A stretch of 32,000 nucleotides of DNA from Glutamicibacter phage Montesquieu, in sequence record OV696619.1. The stretch is one strand, 5' to 3'. This document shows, in pieces, positions 1-9,779 of the stretch; the first letter of the stretch is position 1, and every line of letters begins with the position of its first letter. Made by a program: the position numbers and the translations under genes. The notes under the pieces are model-generated. The model saw only the letters and a list, made by a program, of their open reading frames with translations, did not search any database and was not told where the DNA came from.

Positions 1-2
1 TC

Positions 3-1697
3 GTCGACGCGGTCGAGGTCATTGGCAACCCTACCTTCATGGATGGTGTCAACAAGAACCTGAACTTCATGAACGAGTGGTTCAACCTCCCCGACGACCG
101 CATCACGGAGATCGAGAACCGGTTCAAGGATCTGGGCGTGGAGCTGGCAGGCTTTGCCAGCGCAGGCGACATGGAAACCGTGTCGGCAACCTTCCGGGAG
201 ATGCAAGGGTCCTTTGCGGACGCGGGCATCTCGGCCTACGATATGCTGGACCACTTCCCGGCGCTCCGCGACGAGCTCCGGGGGGTCGCAGAGGAGGCGG
301 GTGTCACCGTCTCCCAGACCGATCTGGTGAGCTGGGCCATGACCGGTATCCAGCCCGCTGCAGTTAGCGCGGCGCAGGGCTTGAACGAGACCGAAGCGGC
401 TCTCGGTGGGACCGAGCAGTCCGCCGAGGCAGCTGCGGAAGCCGTAGATGACTTCTACGACTCGCTGGTGTCCGCAGGCCTCGTGATCCTGAGCGAGCGT
501 GAAGCCATGCGGTCCTTGGAGGAGGCCTTCGACTCCGCTACGGAGACCATCAAGCAAAACGGCGCGACGCTGGACATCACCACCGAGAAGGGCCGAGCCA
601 ACCAGGCCGCTCTGGACGGTATCGCAGACGCTAACTGGCGATCCATCGAAGCCGCTCGGGAGAACGGAGCCGCCACCTCTGACCTGGTGAACATCATGAT
701 CTCCAGCCGTGAATCGTTCATCGAAAACGCCGAGGCGGCGGGCATGGAAGAATCCGCAGCAGCGGCCTTGGCTGACCAGCTCGGACTGATTCCTTCCAAC
801 GTGATAACGGAGTTTGACTCCAACTCCCAGGACATCGGAGATCGCATTCTGGAGCTGCATGAAGTCATCCAGGCAACTCCAGACAAGACCTTCGAGATCG
901 ACGACAACTCGCCAGAGGTACGGCGGGCACTGGAGGATCTGGGATACGTCATCCGCGAACTCCCAGATGGACGGATCGAAGTTACCGACAGTGGCACAGC
1001 GAAGATCACTGGCGACAAGGCCGACGCGATCGCGAATAAGTACCGTGAAGCGCAAATCAAGGTTGACGCGCAGACCAGCGGGGCCGAGAGCGAACTGAAC
1101 AACACCGCTCGAAACCGCACGTCCTACGTGACCCAGACGGTGTCGATCAAGCGACGGATCACCGAGTCGATCAAGCAGATCGACAACGGGCCGATCACAG
1201 GCCGCTTCGGTCGCTACCAGGGCGGAAAGCTTCCGGCCTTCGCTGGAGGCGGGCGCTTGCCATACACCGGGCTGGGCCGGGATATGATCCTGGGCATGTC
1301 CAGCGACGGGAAACCGACCGCCAACGTGGATGACGGGGAGTGGATCATCCGCGAGTCCTCTGCCGACAAGTACAATAGCTTGCTGGCAGCGGTGAACGAT
1401 GATGACTCCCGGGTGCATCACTTGGCCGACAGCGCTACGGGAATGTCCCCGGCGCTGTCAGTACCGGCGTCGCAGGAAGTGGCCTCCTATGCTCAGGGCA
1501 TGGGCAGCTCCGCCTTGCGAGATTACCGGGGACCGGTGGCAAGCACTCCAGCTCCAAGCATCACCGTCCAAGTTGAGAATATGACAGTGGACTCAAAGGA
1601 ACGGATCGACGAATTGTCACAAGCTTTGTTTACGCACGCAGACCGAGCCAGCCGCGCTAACGGACAAGTACGCCTTGGAGGTGTAACCAAGTCATGA
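3..1697 (+). CDS. Phage tail tape measure protein, C-terminal part (5' end outside window)
   Basis: The frame is open to the left edge (VDAVEVIGNPTF-MDGVNKN...). Long Ala/Glu-rich coiled-coil-like protein with a C-terminal 'FAGGGRLPYTGLGRDMILGMSSDG..ANVDDGEWIIRESSADKYN' region typical of actinophage tape measure proteins. Located upstream of a distal tail gene. Confidence 0.85.
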   Translation, partial: VDAVEVIGNPTFMDGVNKNLNFMNEWFNLPDDRITEIENRFKDLGVELAGFASAGDMETVSATFREMQGSFADAGISAYDMLDHFPALRDELRGVAEEAGVTVSQTDLVSWAMTGIQPAAVSAAQGLNETEAALGGTEQSAEAAAEAVDDFYDSLVSAGLVILSEREAMRSLEEAFDSATETIKQNGATLDITTEKGRANQAALDGIADANWRSIEAARENGAATSDLVNIMISSRESFIENAEAAGMEESAAAALADQLGLIPSNVITEFDSNSQDIGDRILELHEVIQATPDKTFEIDDNSPEVRRALEDLGYVIRELPDGRIEVTDSGTAKITGDKADAIANKYREAQIKVDAQTSGAESELNNTARNRTSYVTQTVSIKRRITESIKQIDNGPITGRFGRYQGGKLPAFAGGGRLPYTGLGRDMILGMSSDGKPTANVDDGEWIIRESSADKYNSLLAAVNDDDSRVHHLADSATGMSPALSVPASQEVASYAQGMGSSALRDYRGPVASTPAPSITVQVENMTVDSKERIDELSQALFTHADRASRANGQVRLGGVTKS

Positions 1698-2452
1698 GTT
1701 TCACTTATGGAGGGACGGACACAGACACCCTAGCGGGTGTGAAGGCTGCACTAGTGCAGTGGCCATCCATGGGTGGCCTCTCGCTGGAAACTGTGGACAA
1801 GGTGGGCAACCCCGGGCGCTTTTACGCGGGGCACTCACAGAGCCATTCACAGTTCGTCCACATAGTCACCATCCAGGATGAGACCGCCTCGGAGACTCGT
1901 CGGGACAACTTCGTTGCCCTGATGGATCCCGACCGAGGACCTCGGGACCTCATCCTGGAGACAGACAGCCAATGGAAGTTCCCTGACGTGCTGCTGGCGG
2001 GTCCCATTGAATGGGACCCGCTGGTGTGGTCCCCACATACGGGGTTCATGTGGCGTGCGCAGGTCGTCATGGAAACTGTGGGGGTCCCCTACGCGGTGGA
2101 AGTGAACCCTACGGTGAAGACGTTCGCAACGTCGACCAGCTACACGCTGTCTTCTGGGAATACCAGCTCACACCCCACCATAGAGTTCCCCAGCGGAGCG
2201 AAGGCCACGGTCACTGTGGGGGGCTTCAGCGTGGAGGTGGCAGCAACTCCGGCAGGGCGCACCAACGTGCTGGACTACCAAAACTTCGACTTCTACCAGC
2301 GGAATTCCGCTGGTGTCCGAGTCGCGTCACTAGTACGCCACATGAGCGACTTTGACCGGCCCAAACTTTCATTAGGGGTGGCGACAACGGTATCGGTCAC
2401 AGGTGCCCCGGCGGGCACTCGTCGGCTGCTCCCCAATGCACGCCGTAAATAA
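1694..2452 (+). CDS. Distal tail / minor tail protein
   Basis: ATGA overlap with the preceding gene. 252 aa, synteny (directly after the tape measure gene), and 'RDLILETDSQWKFPDVLLAGPIEWDPLVWSPHTGFMWRAQVVM' resembles siphovirus tail family proteins. Confidence 0.7.
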   Translation: MSFTYGGTDTDTLAGVKAALVQWPSMGGLSLETVDKVGNPGRFYAGHSQSHSQFVHIVTIQDETASETRRDNFVALMDPDRGPRDLILETDSQWKFPDVLLAGPIEWDPLVWSPHTGFMWRAQVVMETVGVPYAVEVNPTVKTFATSTSYTLSSGNTSSHPTIEFPSGAKATVTVGGFSVEVAATPAGRTNVLDYQNFDFYQRNSAGVRVASLVRHMSDFDRPKLSLGVATTVSVTGAPAGTRRLLPNARRK

Positions 2453-2464
2453 CAGGAGATAAAC

Positions 2465-5110
2465 ATGTGGGATAACAGGTTCGCGTGGTCAGGGGAGATC
2501 CCTCTAAACTTTGAAGGGCTGAACCCGGTTGCGATGCAGCGGGTGACCCCCGGGACTGGTTCGTCATACCTCGACTCGGTCAACCCTTCCAGGAACTGGA
2601 CTCGTGTGGGTGGCTCCGCAAACGATGGCTATGCCCCTGACCGCTTTGGCCTGATCATGGGCCTGAACCTGGTGAACCCTTCCACTGACCAAGGCGGGTT
2701 CCACCTGCCTAACTTCACCGGCCTGTGGCCCTCTTCGGGCAAGATGCTGATGGGGCTGTGGGCACGGCAGAACTACGTCATGGCCCACAGCCCTCTCATG
2801 TCGACTCGAAGCTCCTCGAGCCCGCTGTCCTACCTGGCTACGGCTGCCAGCGGTCGTATCCGACACATCGTATACGGCGCGGGTGGAACTTCGGTCCTGG
2901 ACCGGTACGAGGACCATCCGTGGGTGCAGACCCGGGGGCTGCAGTTCATCGGCCACCTACTGGACATGGACAACCAAACGTCCCAGATGTTCAGTGTCGA
3001 CGAAGCTTCCAAGCGGTCTTGGCTGGGCCCGGTGCGTGCCCTGTCGGGAGCACCTAACCCAGCTTCCACTGCAGACCTCGAGATCTTCAGTCTCCCTGGA
3101 TACTGGACTACTGGTGCTTTTGACGAAGCTGTGGTGGCTCACCCCTCCGCAAGCTTTGACCTAGCGGAGTTCGTCGACTCTATGGCGCTAGGGCTGTGGT
3201 CTGATGCGCAGTCCAGCTCCAACGTTTCATACTTCAGTGTGGACGAGAGTGGGGTCACCGCTTCCTCGGCGCGGTCCTTCCAGACAGGCGCTGAGCGCGT
3301 TTCCTGGGATCAGGCTCCCATTGTCCAAGGAGCTCCGGCAGGGGCTGTGGCTTTCTGGTCTGTAGACAACGGGGCCCCCTGGCAAACCGGGGCCACCCTA
3401 CCATCGCAACTCACCGGCCTGCTGCGCTGGGAAATTCCCTTGGCACAGGGGGATACCTTCACCGGGATCACCCTGACCATCCCCACTTCCCCTCCTCCTA
3501 CGCTGGAGGCCATACCCGATCAGGTTATGGAGCAGGGAGACGTCCTCCAAATCCCGATCACTTATACCGTCGACGGCGCTCCTACGTGGGCAGTGTCTTC
3601 CCCAGACGTAGTGAATGTGATGTTGAATGGCAACAGCCTGTCCCTCGTGGCAGGGTTCAAGGTCGGCGCGGGGCCGGTCGAAGTGACACTCACCGACTCG
3701 CTGGACCGCTCCATCACCCGCACGTTCAACGTCACCGTGGGCGCACGTCAGTGGGACGCAGGAGCTCCTCCCAAGTACCCACACAGCCCGGTGATCGTCT
3801 GGGGAGATGACTACCCAGAAGCCGCCATCATCGACGCACACCGCGCTGTGGTGACCAAGGAAGTCAACGGAGCGCTCACGTTCCATCTCACCTTGTCCCA
3901 CGGACACCGGCATGCGGATCTCTTGGTGAATGAGCGGCGGGTGGAGGCAGCAGGAGAGACCTTCACGGTGCGTCGAGTCACCAAGGTTCGGCGGGGAAAC
4001 ATCTGGGCCCTGGAAGCCTATGCGGAAGCCGGGTTCTACGACCTCGCTACTGCGACTCAGGTGGACAAGCAGGACTTCAATCAGGTGACTGCAGGCGACG
4101 TTATGTCTCTGGCCCTGAAAGACACCGACTGGACCGTGGGAGTGGCTAACGTCCAGACCCTGCGCACGTATTCGATCGAGGATACCAACCCACTGGAGCT
4201 CCTCCGAGAGGTGCAACGGCACCACGGCGGGGACCTGGTGTTCGACAATAACAACCGCCGGGTCTCCTTGGTGACTCAAGCGGGTCGAGACAATGGTGTG
4301 GCTTTCTTCTACGGCAAAGGGATCACCGACTCCGAGCGGGTCGTGGACACCACCGCACTAGTCACCCGGATCGTTGCCCGGAACGCAGATGGCCTGACCA
4401 TTTCTTCTCTGAACAATGGTCTCCCCTATGTGGAGGATTACAGCTACACCTCCGCACTGAAGGTAGCCACCTACGACTTCAAGTCCGGAACGTCTCCCTA
4501 CACCATGCTCTCCATGGCGAAGGCGACGCTGGCCAACCGCAGTCGACCAGAGTATTCCTACAAGGTCACAGTTTCAGATCTCTCCAGCAAGACCAGGGAT
4601 GATCTTGACCGGTACGACTCCGGGGATCTGGTCACCGTGGTGGACAAAGAAATCGGCATCTCCGGGGTGCAGCGCATTGTCCGCCTCGAGTACGATGTCA
4701 TCCGGCCCTGGGCTTCCCAGATAACCTTGTCCGCCAAGTTGCGGGAACTGGGTTCCAGTGACTCGGAAGATGCTGGTCAGCTGGACACTGGCAGCGGTGT
4801 CCGAACCTTCGACCTAGTCCCGTATAACTTGTTGCTGAACAGCCGGTTCGACAACCAGCTGACTCACTGGGCGCACCTCGGTGTGGAAGTTGTTGAGGGC
4901 GACGGCACCGGGGACTATGCGGTGCGGTTCAGCGGCGCGGGTGAACGCTGGGTCGAGCAGACGGTGCAGCCGGACAACCGAGACGCGTATGCCTTCAGCA
5001 TGGACGTCGACAGCCGTGGCCCCGCCGGGTGGTCCCCGGATATCTCGGTTGAAGCTGAGGTTACTTATGAGGATGGCACCACCGAAGTGATCACCCTAGA
5101 ATTGTCCTAA
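2465..5110 (+). CDS. Minor tail protein with Ig-like segment and Gp37/endopeptidase-tail-like C-terminal half
   Basis: 881 aa. Contains an Ig/cadherin-like stretch (EAIPDQVMEQGDVLQIPITYTV...RTFNVTVGA) followed by a segment resembling phage tail endopeptidase/ReqiPepy6 Gp37-like proteins (TWTVGVANVQ..NPLELLREVQRHHGGDLVFDNNNRRVSLV type region). Confidence 0.65.
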   Translation: MWDNRFAWSGEIPLNFEGLNPVAMQRVTPGTGSSYLDSVNPSRNWTRVGGSANDGYAPDRFGLIMGLNLVNPSTDQGGFHLPNFTGLWPSSGKMLMGLWARQNYVMAHSPLMSTRSSSSPLSYLATAASGRIRHIVYGAGGTSVLDRYEDHPWVQTRGLQFIGHLLDMDNQTSQMFSVDEASKRSWLGPVRALSGAPNPASTADLEIFSLPGYWTTGAFDEAVVAHPSASFDLAEFVDSMALGLWSDAQSSSNVSYFSVDESGVTASSARSFQTGAERVSWDQAPIVQGAPAGAVAFWSVDNGAPWQTGATLPSQLTGLLRWEIPLAQGDTFTGITLTIPTSPPPTLEAIPDQVMEQGDVLQIPITYTVDGAPTWAVSSPDVVNVMLNGNSLSLVAGFKVGAGPVEVTLTDSLDRSITRTFNVTVGARQWDAGAPPKYPHSPVIVWGDDYPEAAIIDAHRAVVTKEVNGALTFHLTLSHGHRHADLLVNERRVEAAGETFTVRRVTKVRRGNIWALEAYAEAGFYDLATATQVDKQDFNQVTAGDVMSLALKDTDWTVGVANVQTLRTYSIEDTNPLELLREVQRHHGGDLVFDNNNRRVSLVTQAGRDNGVAFFYGKGITDSERVVDTTALVTRIVARNADGLTISSLNNGLPYVEDYSYTSALKVATYDFKSGTSPYTMLSMAKATLANRSRPEYSYKVTVSDLSSKTRDDLDRYDSGDLVTVVDKEIGISGVQRIVRLEYDVIRPWASQITLSAKLRELGSSDSEDAGQLDTGSGVRTFDLVPYNLLLNSRFDNQLTHWAHLGVEVVEGDGTGDYAVRFSGAGERWVEQTVQPDNRDAYAFSMDVDSRGPAGWSPDISVEAEVTYEDGTTEVITLELS

Positions 5111-5120
5111 GGAGGCAGCT

Positions 5121-5597
5121 ATGCAGGCAGTGCTACGGACCCGGGATAAACCCGCCAAGATAAAACTACGGACCACTGTGAAGAACCTGCCTACCGACGC
5201 CTTGGTGGAGGTTACGGACTTCATGCTCCAGCCGGATGAAGTCGTGTCCGGCTGGCTCCCGCACGTTACAGAGATACCTTGGTCGGCAGGCCTAACTTAT
5301 TTGAACACCACCCCCACAGGAGAGATAGTGTACTGGGACAGCATTGAAGGGAAGCCGGTGGTATTCCCACCAGCGAACCACCAACACGACGCTTCTGACA
5401 TCAGTTCCGGGGTGCTAGATTTGGCTCGGGTCCCGGTGCTGGATAACTCCAAGCTGGGCGCTAAGTCGGTCACCTCCGATAAGCTGTCCGACACCCTCAT
5501 GGACTTGTTGGACCAGCACACTTCAACCATTGCGTCTCTTCAAGCCAAGATCAACGGCTTGGAGCTGGGCTACCGATCTAAGCGGGGGGGACGATGA
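5121..5597 (+). CDS. Small tail/fibre protein with N-terminal tail-paralog domain and short coiled coil; may extend through a G7 tract
   Basis: Complete ORF downstream of a GGAGG-like RBS (aaggaggcagct atg). Ends directly after a G7 homopolymer. Confidence 0.65.
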   Translation: MQAVLRTRDKPAKIKLRTTVKNLPTDALVEVTDFMLQPDEVVSGWLPHVTEIPWSAGLTYLNTTPTGEIVYWDSIEGKPVVFPPANHQHDASDISSGVLDLARVPVLDNSKLGAKSVTSDKLSDTLMDLLDQHTSTIASLQAKINGLELGYRSKRGGR

Positions 5598-5832
5598 GCC
5601 TAACACTTACCCTGTCGGGGTAAGTGTGGGCCTATTCTCCAGTATGGACGGCTGGCCAGCTGCAACTACCTTCTGGACCGTCGCTACGTTCGCCGGTCCG
5701 GGATACGTAGCCGCCAAGGTGCAGCATGCTTATCCATACGACACATCCACCATTCAGCCTCTCTACCGAGTCGCACTTTCTGCCGCTAAGGGTGGTGGGT
5801 GGACTGCTTGGGAGAACCTACGAGGAGCCTAA
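5586..5832 (+). other. Out-of-phase C-terminal tail-fibre-like coding segment (DEPNTYPVGVSVGLFSSMDGWPAATTFWTV...GGWTAWENLRG)
   Basis: Open frame (track ORF 5530..5832) with no convincing independent start. Its content resembles C-terminal domains of phage tail fibres. A one-base deletion in the upstream G7 tract fuses it to the 5121 ORF. Confidence 0.5.
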
Positions 5833-5835
5833 CCT

Positions 5836-6306
5836 GTGAGACTACAGCAGCCAATCTTCGTTGACAAGCCTGTCGCGTCTATAAAGCTCCGTATCAAGGC
5901 GGTGGATGTGCCTACGTCCGCACGCGTAGACATCACAGACATCCAGCTCCAAGCTGGGGAACAGGCCACAGGCGTGGTCCCCAACCCCTCCGAGGTGGGG
6001 TCTGTGCAGCGCGGTCCCCAGTACCGAAACGGCGTGGTGAGCCCAGGCCTCGAGGTGATAGGGATGTCCAACACCGACAAGGCCACCCCTGTCCGCATGC
6101 ACGTGAAGAACGCCAGCGGGGAGACCCGAATAGGCAGCTATCGGTTCGGAAACCTCGACGGTGACTCGCTGGTCGACCCGGTAAACTTCACTGCAACGCA
6201 TGGATACGGCAGGCCTCCGATCATCACGGAGCGGCAAGACGTGCATCTGAAAACCAATATATCGAACCGGCTGCACCTACAGCTGGCATGGAACGGAAGA
6301 GAATAA
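5836..6306 (+). CDS. Small tail protein, paralog of the 5121 ORF N-terminal domain
   Basis: GTG start. N-terminus 'KPVASIKLRIKAVDVPTSARVDITDIQLQAGEQATGVVPNPSEVGS' is similar to 'KPAKIKLRTTVKNLPTDALVEVTDFMLQPDEVVSGWLPHVTEIPW' of the 5121 ORF. Confidence 0.6.
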   Translation: MRLQQPIFVDKPVASIKLRIKAVDVPTSARVDITDIQLQAGEQATGVVPNPSEVGSVQRGPQYRNGVVSPGLEVIGMSNTDKATPVRMHVKNASGETRIGSYRFGNLDGDSLVDPVNFTATHGYGRPPIITERQDVHLKTNISNRLHLQLAWNGRE

Positions 6307-8396
6307 TGGCTACTAATGTTTGGGTGTGGGTCGGCCTGAGCTGGACAGACCGTATACGGTTGGTCCTGGACAACTACGGGGACCGCATCACGGACGTTAG
6401 CATATTCGGCTGGCGGGTGGGTTCCAGTGGTACTTTGACACAGACTTTTGACCCGGTGCAGCTCGACACGTATCGCGCCAAGTGGCCACACATCCGCTGG
6501 TGGGGGTGCTTCCGTAATATGGACGACCCCACCGACAGCGCACGGTTCATCTTCGACTCCCTACGGGATAGCGCCACAGCGCGTAACCACCTAGCAGACC
6601 AAGTTGAAGAGAAGATGTTCGGCCTCTTCCCTTGGTTGCACGGCGTGGACATTGACATGGAGCTGGGTGGCGACTCCCGCTCAGCTGACTCGGAGGAAGT
6701 CTTCCGAGTGGTCACCAACCGGGCACACTCCTTGGGGAAGAAAGCTTCCGGGGCCTTGCCGGGGCTCACCGCTACGGGCAGTGTCGGTGGTGAGAACTGG
6801 GTGCGATACAAGCAGCTAGGGGAGATCCTCGACCACGCCTCCATCATGTCGTACGACTTCGCATGGAACGGCAGCGCTCCTGGGCCCATCTCCCCGGCTT
6901 TCTGGCTGGAGGACGTATATGTCTGGGCCAGCTCCCAGATCCCCCCGGAGAAGCTGAGCATGGGCCTCCCGCTCTACGGACGGTTCTGGCAGATCTACGA
7001 CTACCCTTCCAACCTAGGGGAACTCCGCAGAGGTGCTTCAGGCAACTACTACTCCATATGGCAATACTTCGCTGGGGAGCGTCCTTGGTCGGACTCAGGG
7101 AGCCACCATGCGATTGGCTGGCTGGCCTACCGAGACCCGGGCAGCAAGTCCGCTTGGGGCTTCCTCGACGTCTACGACTGGCGGGAGCCCAACGACTGGG
7201 CAGCAGCGGACGGCGTAGTCTCCGGGGTGTTCCAGAACAGGAACTACGCGGTGCGCTATGGGCAGCCTGCAGGATCCCCACAGTGGTCTGTTGCAGATAA
7301 CAGCGTAGGTTCTTCCAACGTAACCTACGACATCGTCCCAGAAGCTGTCATAGCTTCCAACGGCACTCAAGTTTCCCCCAAAGTGGGCTACACGTTGACC
7401 ACCGAAATGATCCAGCGCGAGCCTGTAGCAGCGACCATCATCGACGACTACGCGACGTCAGGGCAACAGCTGGGGTCCATCTATACACAGCCTTCTGGAA
7501 GCTGGGACTTCGAGCAAGTCTCGACTTCTTATAAGCAATACCGAGGAGCCGGAACCTTGCGGTTCAACCACGACTTCGGCACTCAGTCACTCTACAGCCT
7601 GGCTCGCTTCCAGTTTGCTTCCGGAGGCACTTTCCGTGTCAGCTCCCAAGGGATGACGGCGGAGCTCTCCAGCAACGGGGAGCTGCGCCTGCTGAGAGGG
7701 AGCACGGTGCTAGACTCCCGGAACGTAGGTGCCCAAGTAGTTGGTGCAGCTGCGCAGGTGGGCCGGTGCGTCTTGGCTATCCGAGTGCGGGAAGGGTCCA
7801 CCCGCGTGTATTTCTCCAACGCAGAAACCAACATACCCTTGCGTCTCGAGGCGAGCACCACCCCTCCTGGAGGGCCTACTGAGTTCGTGGCCACTGGCCA
7901 AACGTGGATAGACCACATCTACCTGGGCGACGGCTGGTGGTATCAACCACGAGAAGCTATCGAGGTGGAGCTCGGTGGGCAGACGAGGGTCGTGGGCCGT
8001 ATACCTCGCACCGGGGTAACTTGGGACAGCCAGAACAGGTTCCGAGTGGACTCCGACGTGGAAGAACATACCACCAGGACTACGGGCATCAGCCCCGACT
8101 GGGCCTTCGACCATTGGAAAGACGCACCGTTCACCACCGGGCAGGCCCACGCCCTGAAGATAAAACCACTCGATCACGACCTGTGGCTAGGCCGCATTGT
8201 GGTAGGGGATCGAGACGGCTTCTCTTTAGTATACTGGAGTGATGCAGAGACAATCGCACATTGGCGAGACCGAGCCTTGTTCGACTACAACCTGCAAGGG
8301 ATAGCAATGTGGTCTTTGGGGCAAGAGGACGTCCGCATGTGGGAAACTTTTGAAGGCGGCGAGCTGCCAGCAACCACGAAACGAGTTAGTGAATGA
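6306..8396 (+). CDS. GH18-family-like (chitinase / YaaH-type) tail-associated protein with internal insert domain
   Basis: Motifs 'HGVDIDMEL' (DxxDxDxE-like), 'ASIMSYDFAWNG', 'KLSMGLPLYGRFW' and a late 'YNLQGIAMWSLGQED' strand-8-like motif. Start taken as MATNVW rather than the upstream MERKRI extension in the track. Confidence 0.75.
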   Translation: MATNVWVWVGLSWTDRIRLVLDNYGDRITDVSIFGWRVGSSGTLTQTFDPVQLDTYRAKWPHIRWWGCFRNMDDPTDSARFIFDSLRDSATARNHLADQVEEKMFGLFPWLHGVDIDMELGGDSRSADSEEVFRVVTNRAHSLGKKASGALPGLTATGSVGGENWVRYKQLGEILDHASIMSYDFAWNGSAPGPISPAFWLEDVYVWASSQIPPEKLSMGLPLYGRFWQIYDYPSNLGELRRGASGNYYSIWQYFAGERPWSDSGSHHAIGWLAYRDPGSKSAWGFLDVYDWREPNDWAAADGVVSGVFQNRNYAVRYGQPAGSPQWSVADNSVGSSNVTYDIVPEAVIASNGTQVSPKVGYTLTTEMIQREPVAATIIDDYATSGQQLGSIYTQPSGSWDFEQVSTSYKQYRGAGTLRFNHDFGTQSLYSLARFQFASGGTFRVSSQGMTAELSSNGELRLLRGSTVLDSRNVGAQVVGAAAQVGRCVLAIRVREGSTRVYFSNAETNIPLRLEASTTPPGGPTEFVATGQTWIDHIYLGDGWWYQPREAIEVELGGQTRVVGRIPRTGVTWDSQNRFRVDSDVEEHTTRTTGISPDWAFDHWKDAPFTTGQAHALKIKPLDHDLWLGRIVVGDRDGFSLVYWSDAETIAHWRDRALFDYNLQGIAMWSLGQEDVRMWETFEGGELPATTKRVSE

Positions 8397-8426
8397 CCAC
8401 GGAGCCTATCCGAACTAGGAGCAGTT

Positions 8427-8921
8427 ATGCCTGGATGGCTTGAACATTTAGCCACTCCCGAGATCCTGTTCCCTACAGCTATCATCCTGCTGATCTTATA
8501 CCTGATGATCCGGGCCGCGATCAAGTTGTTCCCGGTGCTGTCAAAGCTAGTCAAGTTGATCAACACGCTGTTCGGGGATGAAGAGAAGCCCGGGGTGGCG
8601 TTGCGCATGAACATGATAGTAGAAAGCATCGCCGAGATCTCCAAGGACACCAAAGGGCAAGGTGCTATCCTGGAGCGTGTCCGGGCTCAGGTAGAAAACG
8701 ACCACGACACCAACTTCAGAGACGACCAGGACAAGGTCATGAAGTCCGTGGAGGACTTGGCGGAGGAGTTCAAAGAACACGTAGCCATCTCCAAGGTGAA
8801 GGACAACGAGGCGGCTGAAACTTCCTACAAAGTAGCAGTCCTAGCCGAGAACCTATCCAAGATCACCCCCGTAGTCGAGCACCTCGGTGCTACGTGGGGC
8901 AACAAGACCCGTAACAACTAA
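8427..8921 (+). CDS. DUF2746-like phage membrane/coiled-coil protein
   Basis: N-terminal transmembrane segment (ILFPTAIILLILYLMIRAAIKL), then a charged coiled coil. Position is between tail and lysin genes. Confidence 0.55.
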   Translation: MPGWLEHLATPEILFPTAIILLILYLMIRAAIKLFPVLSKLVKLINTLFGDEEKPGVALRMNMIVESIAEISKDTKGQGAILERVRAQVENDHDTNFRDDQDKVMKSVEDLAEEFKEHVAISKVKDNEAAETSYKVAVLAENLSKITPVVEHLGATWGNKTRNN

Positions 8922-8939
8922 CCCACAGGAGGCCAAACC

Positions 8940-9770
8940 ATGAGCTACTTCCTGGCTCCTTCCCTCGCTTCGTTGCGAAACGAAGTCAACGCAAAGTTCC
9001 CCAAGCGCGACAAGAAGTCTGACGGCTGGATCGGCGACCCAAGCCACCAGGCACGCAAGTCCGACCACAACCCAGACTACGCAGACGGCGGCATCGTCCG
9101 AGCCTTGGACATCGACAAGGACGGCATCGACGTCCAGGCTTTCCTCGACGCCGTGATCCACGACCCGCGTGTCAGCTATGTGATCTGGAATCGACGGATC
9201 TGGGGTGGAAGCCGCTGGCGGGCCTACGAGGGCACCAATCCTCACACAGGGCACATCCACGTCTCCATCGAGCACAACGCCGCTGGAGCCCGCGCTGGAG
9301 CCTGGGGGATCGCCGTTGGTGCTCCACCCAAGCCCACCAAGTCTGCTGGCAAGAAGCAGACCAAGAAGAACCGTCCTAACGGCTCCACCACCTTCCCGAC
9401 TGACTACGAGAATCTCGACACCGACGGTATCGCTGGTGAGCTGACCTACGGCGCACACCAGATCCTCATGCACGCGATCAGCAAGCGACGCAACAAGCAG
9501 TGGGATGGAGAGTTCGCCAAGCTGTCCGTCAAGGACACCATGGACTGGATGCAGGACCTCGGTTATTACGAGGAGACTCCAGTGGCCAAGTGGGGTGCCA
9601 AGAAGGGCACCAAGCTGGTCGTGGACGGCAAGGACGGCAAGTGGTTCTATTACGAGCTGCAGCGCCTCCTGAAGGACCGCAAGCTGTACCCCGGCGTGCT
9701 GGACGGCGACCCGAAGGGGATGACCGTGACCGGCTGGCAGAAGTACCTCAACAAGAACAACGGAAACTAA
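8940..9770 (+). CDS. Endolysin with M15-like (D-Ala-D-Ala carboxypeptidase-type) N-terminal domain
   Basis: 'GWIGDPSHQARKSDHNPDYADGGIVRALDID....NPHTGHIHVSI' matches the zinc-peptidase motif arrangement in actinophage lysins. C-terminal half resembles a peptidoglycan-binding repeat. Confidence 0.8.
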   Translation: MSYFLAPSLASLRNEVNAKFPKRDKKSDGWIGDPSHQARKSDHNPDYADGGIVRALDIDKDGIDVQAFLDAVIHDPRVSYVIWNRRIWGGSRWRAYEGTNPHTGHIHVSIEHNAAGARAGAWGIAVGAPPKPTKSAGKKQTKKNRPNGSTTFPTDYENLDTDGIAGELTYGAHQILMHAISKRRNKQWDGEFAKLSVKDTMDWMQDLGYYEETPVAKWGAKKGTKLVVDGKDGKWFYYELQRLLKDRKLYPGVLDGDPKGMTVTGWQKYLNKNNGN

Positions 9771-9779
9771 GGAGAACCC

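Noticed and set aside
3398-4279. 293-aa minus-strand ORF inside the tail gene
   Set aside because: Antisense shadow of a well-supported structural gene.
5530-5600. Using the ORF-track start at 5530 for the downstream tail ORF
   Set aside because: That N-terminus (MRLFKPRSTAWSWATD) is just another frame of the upstream coiled coil. No RBS is seen, so the G7 frame-change explanation is preferred.
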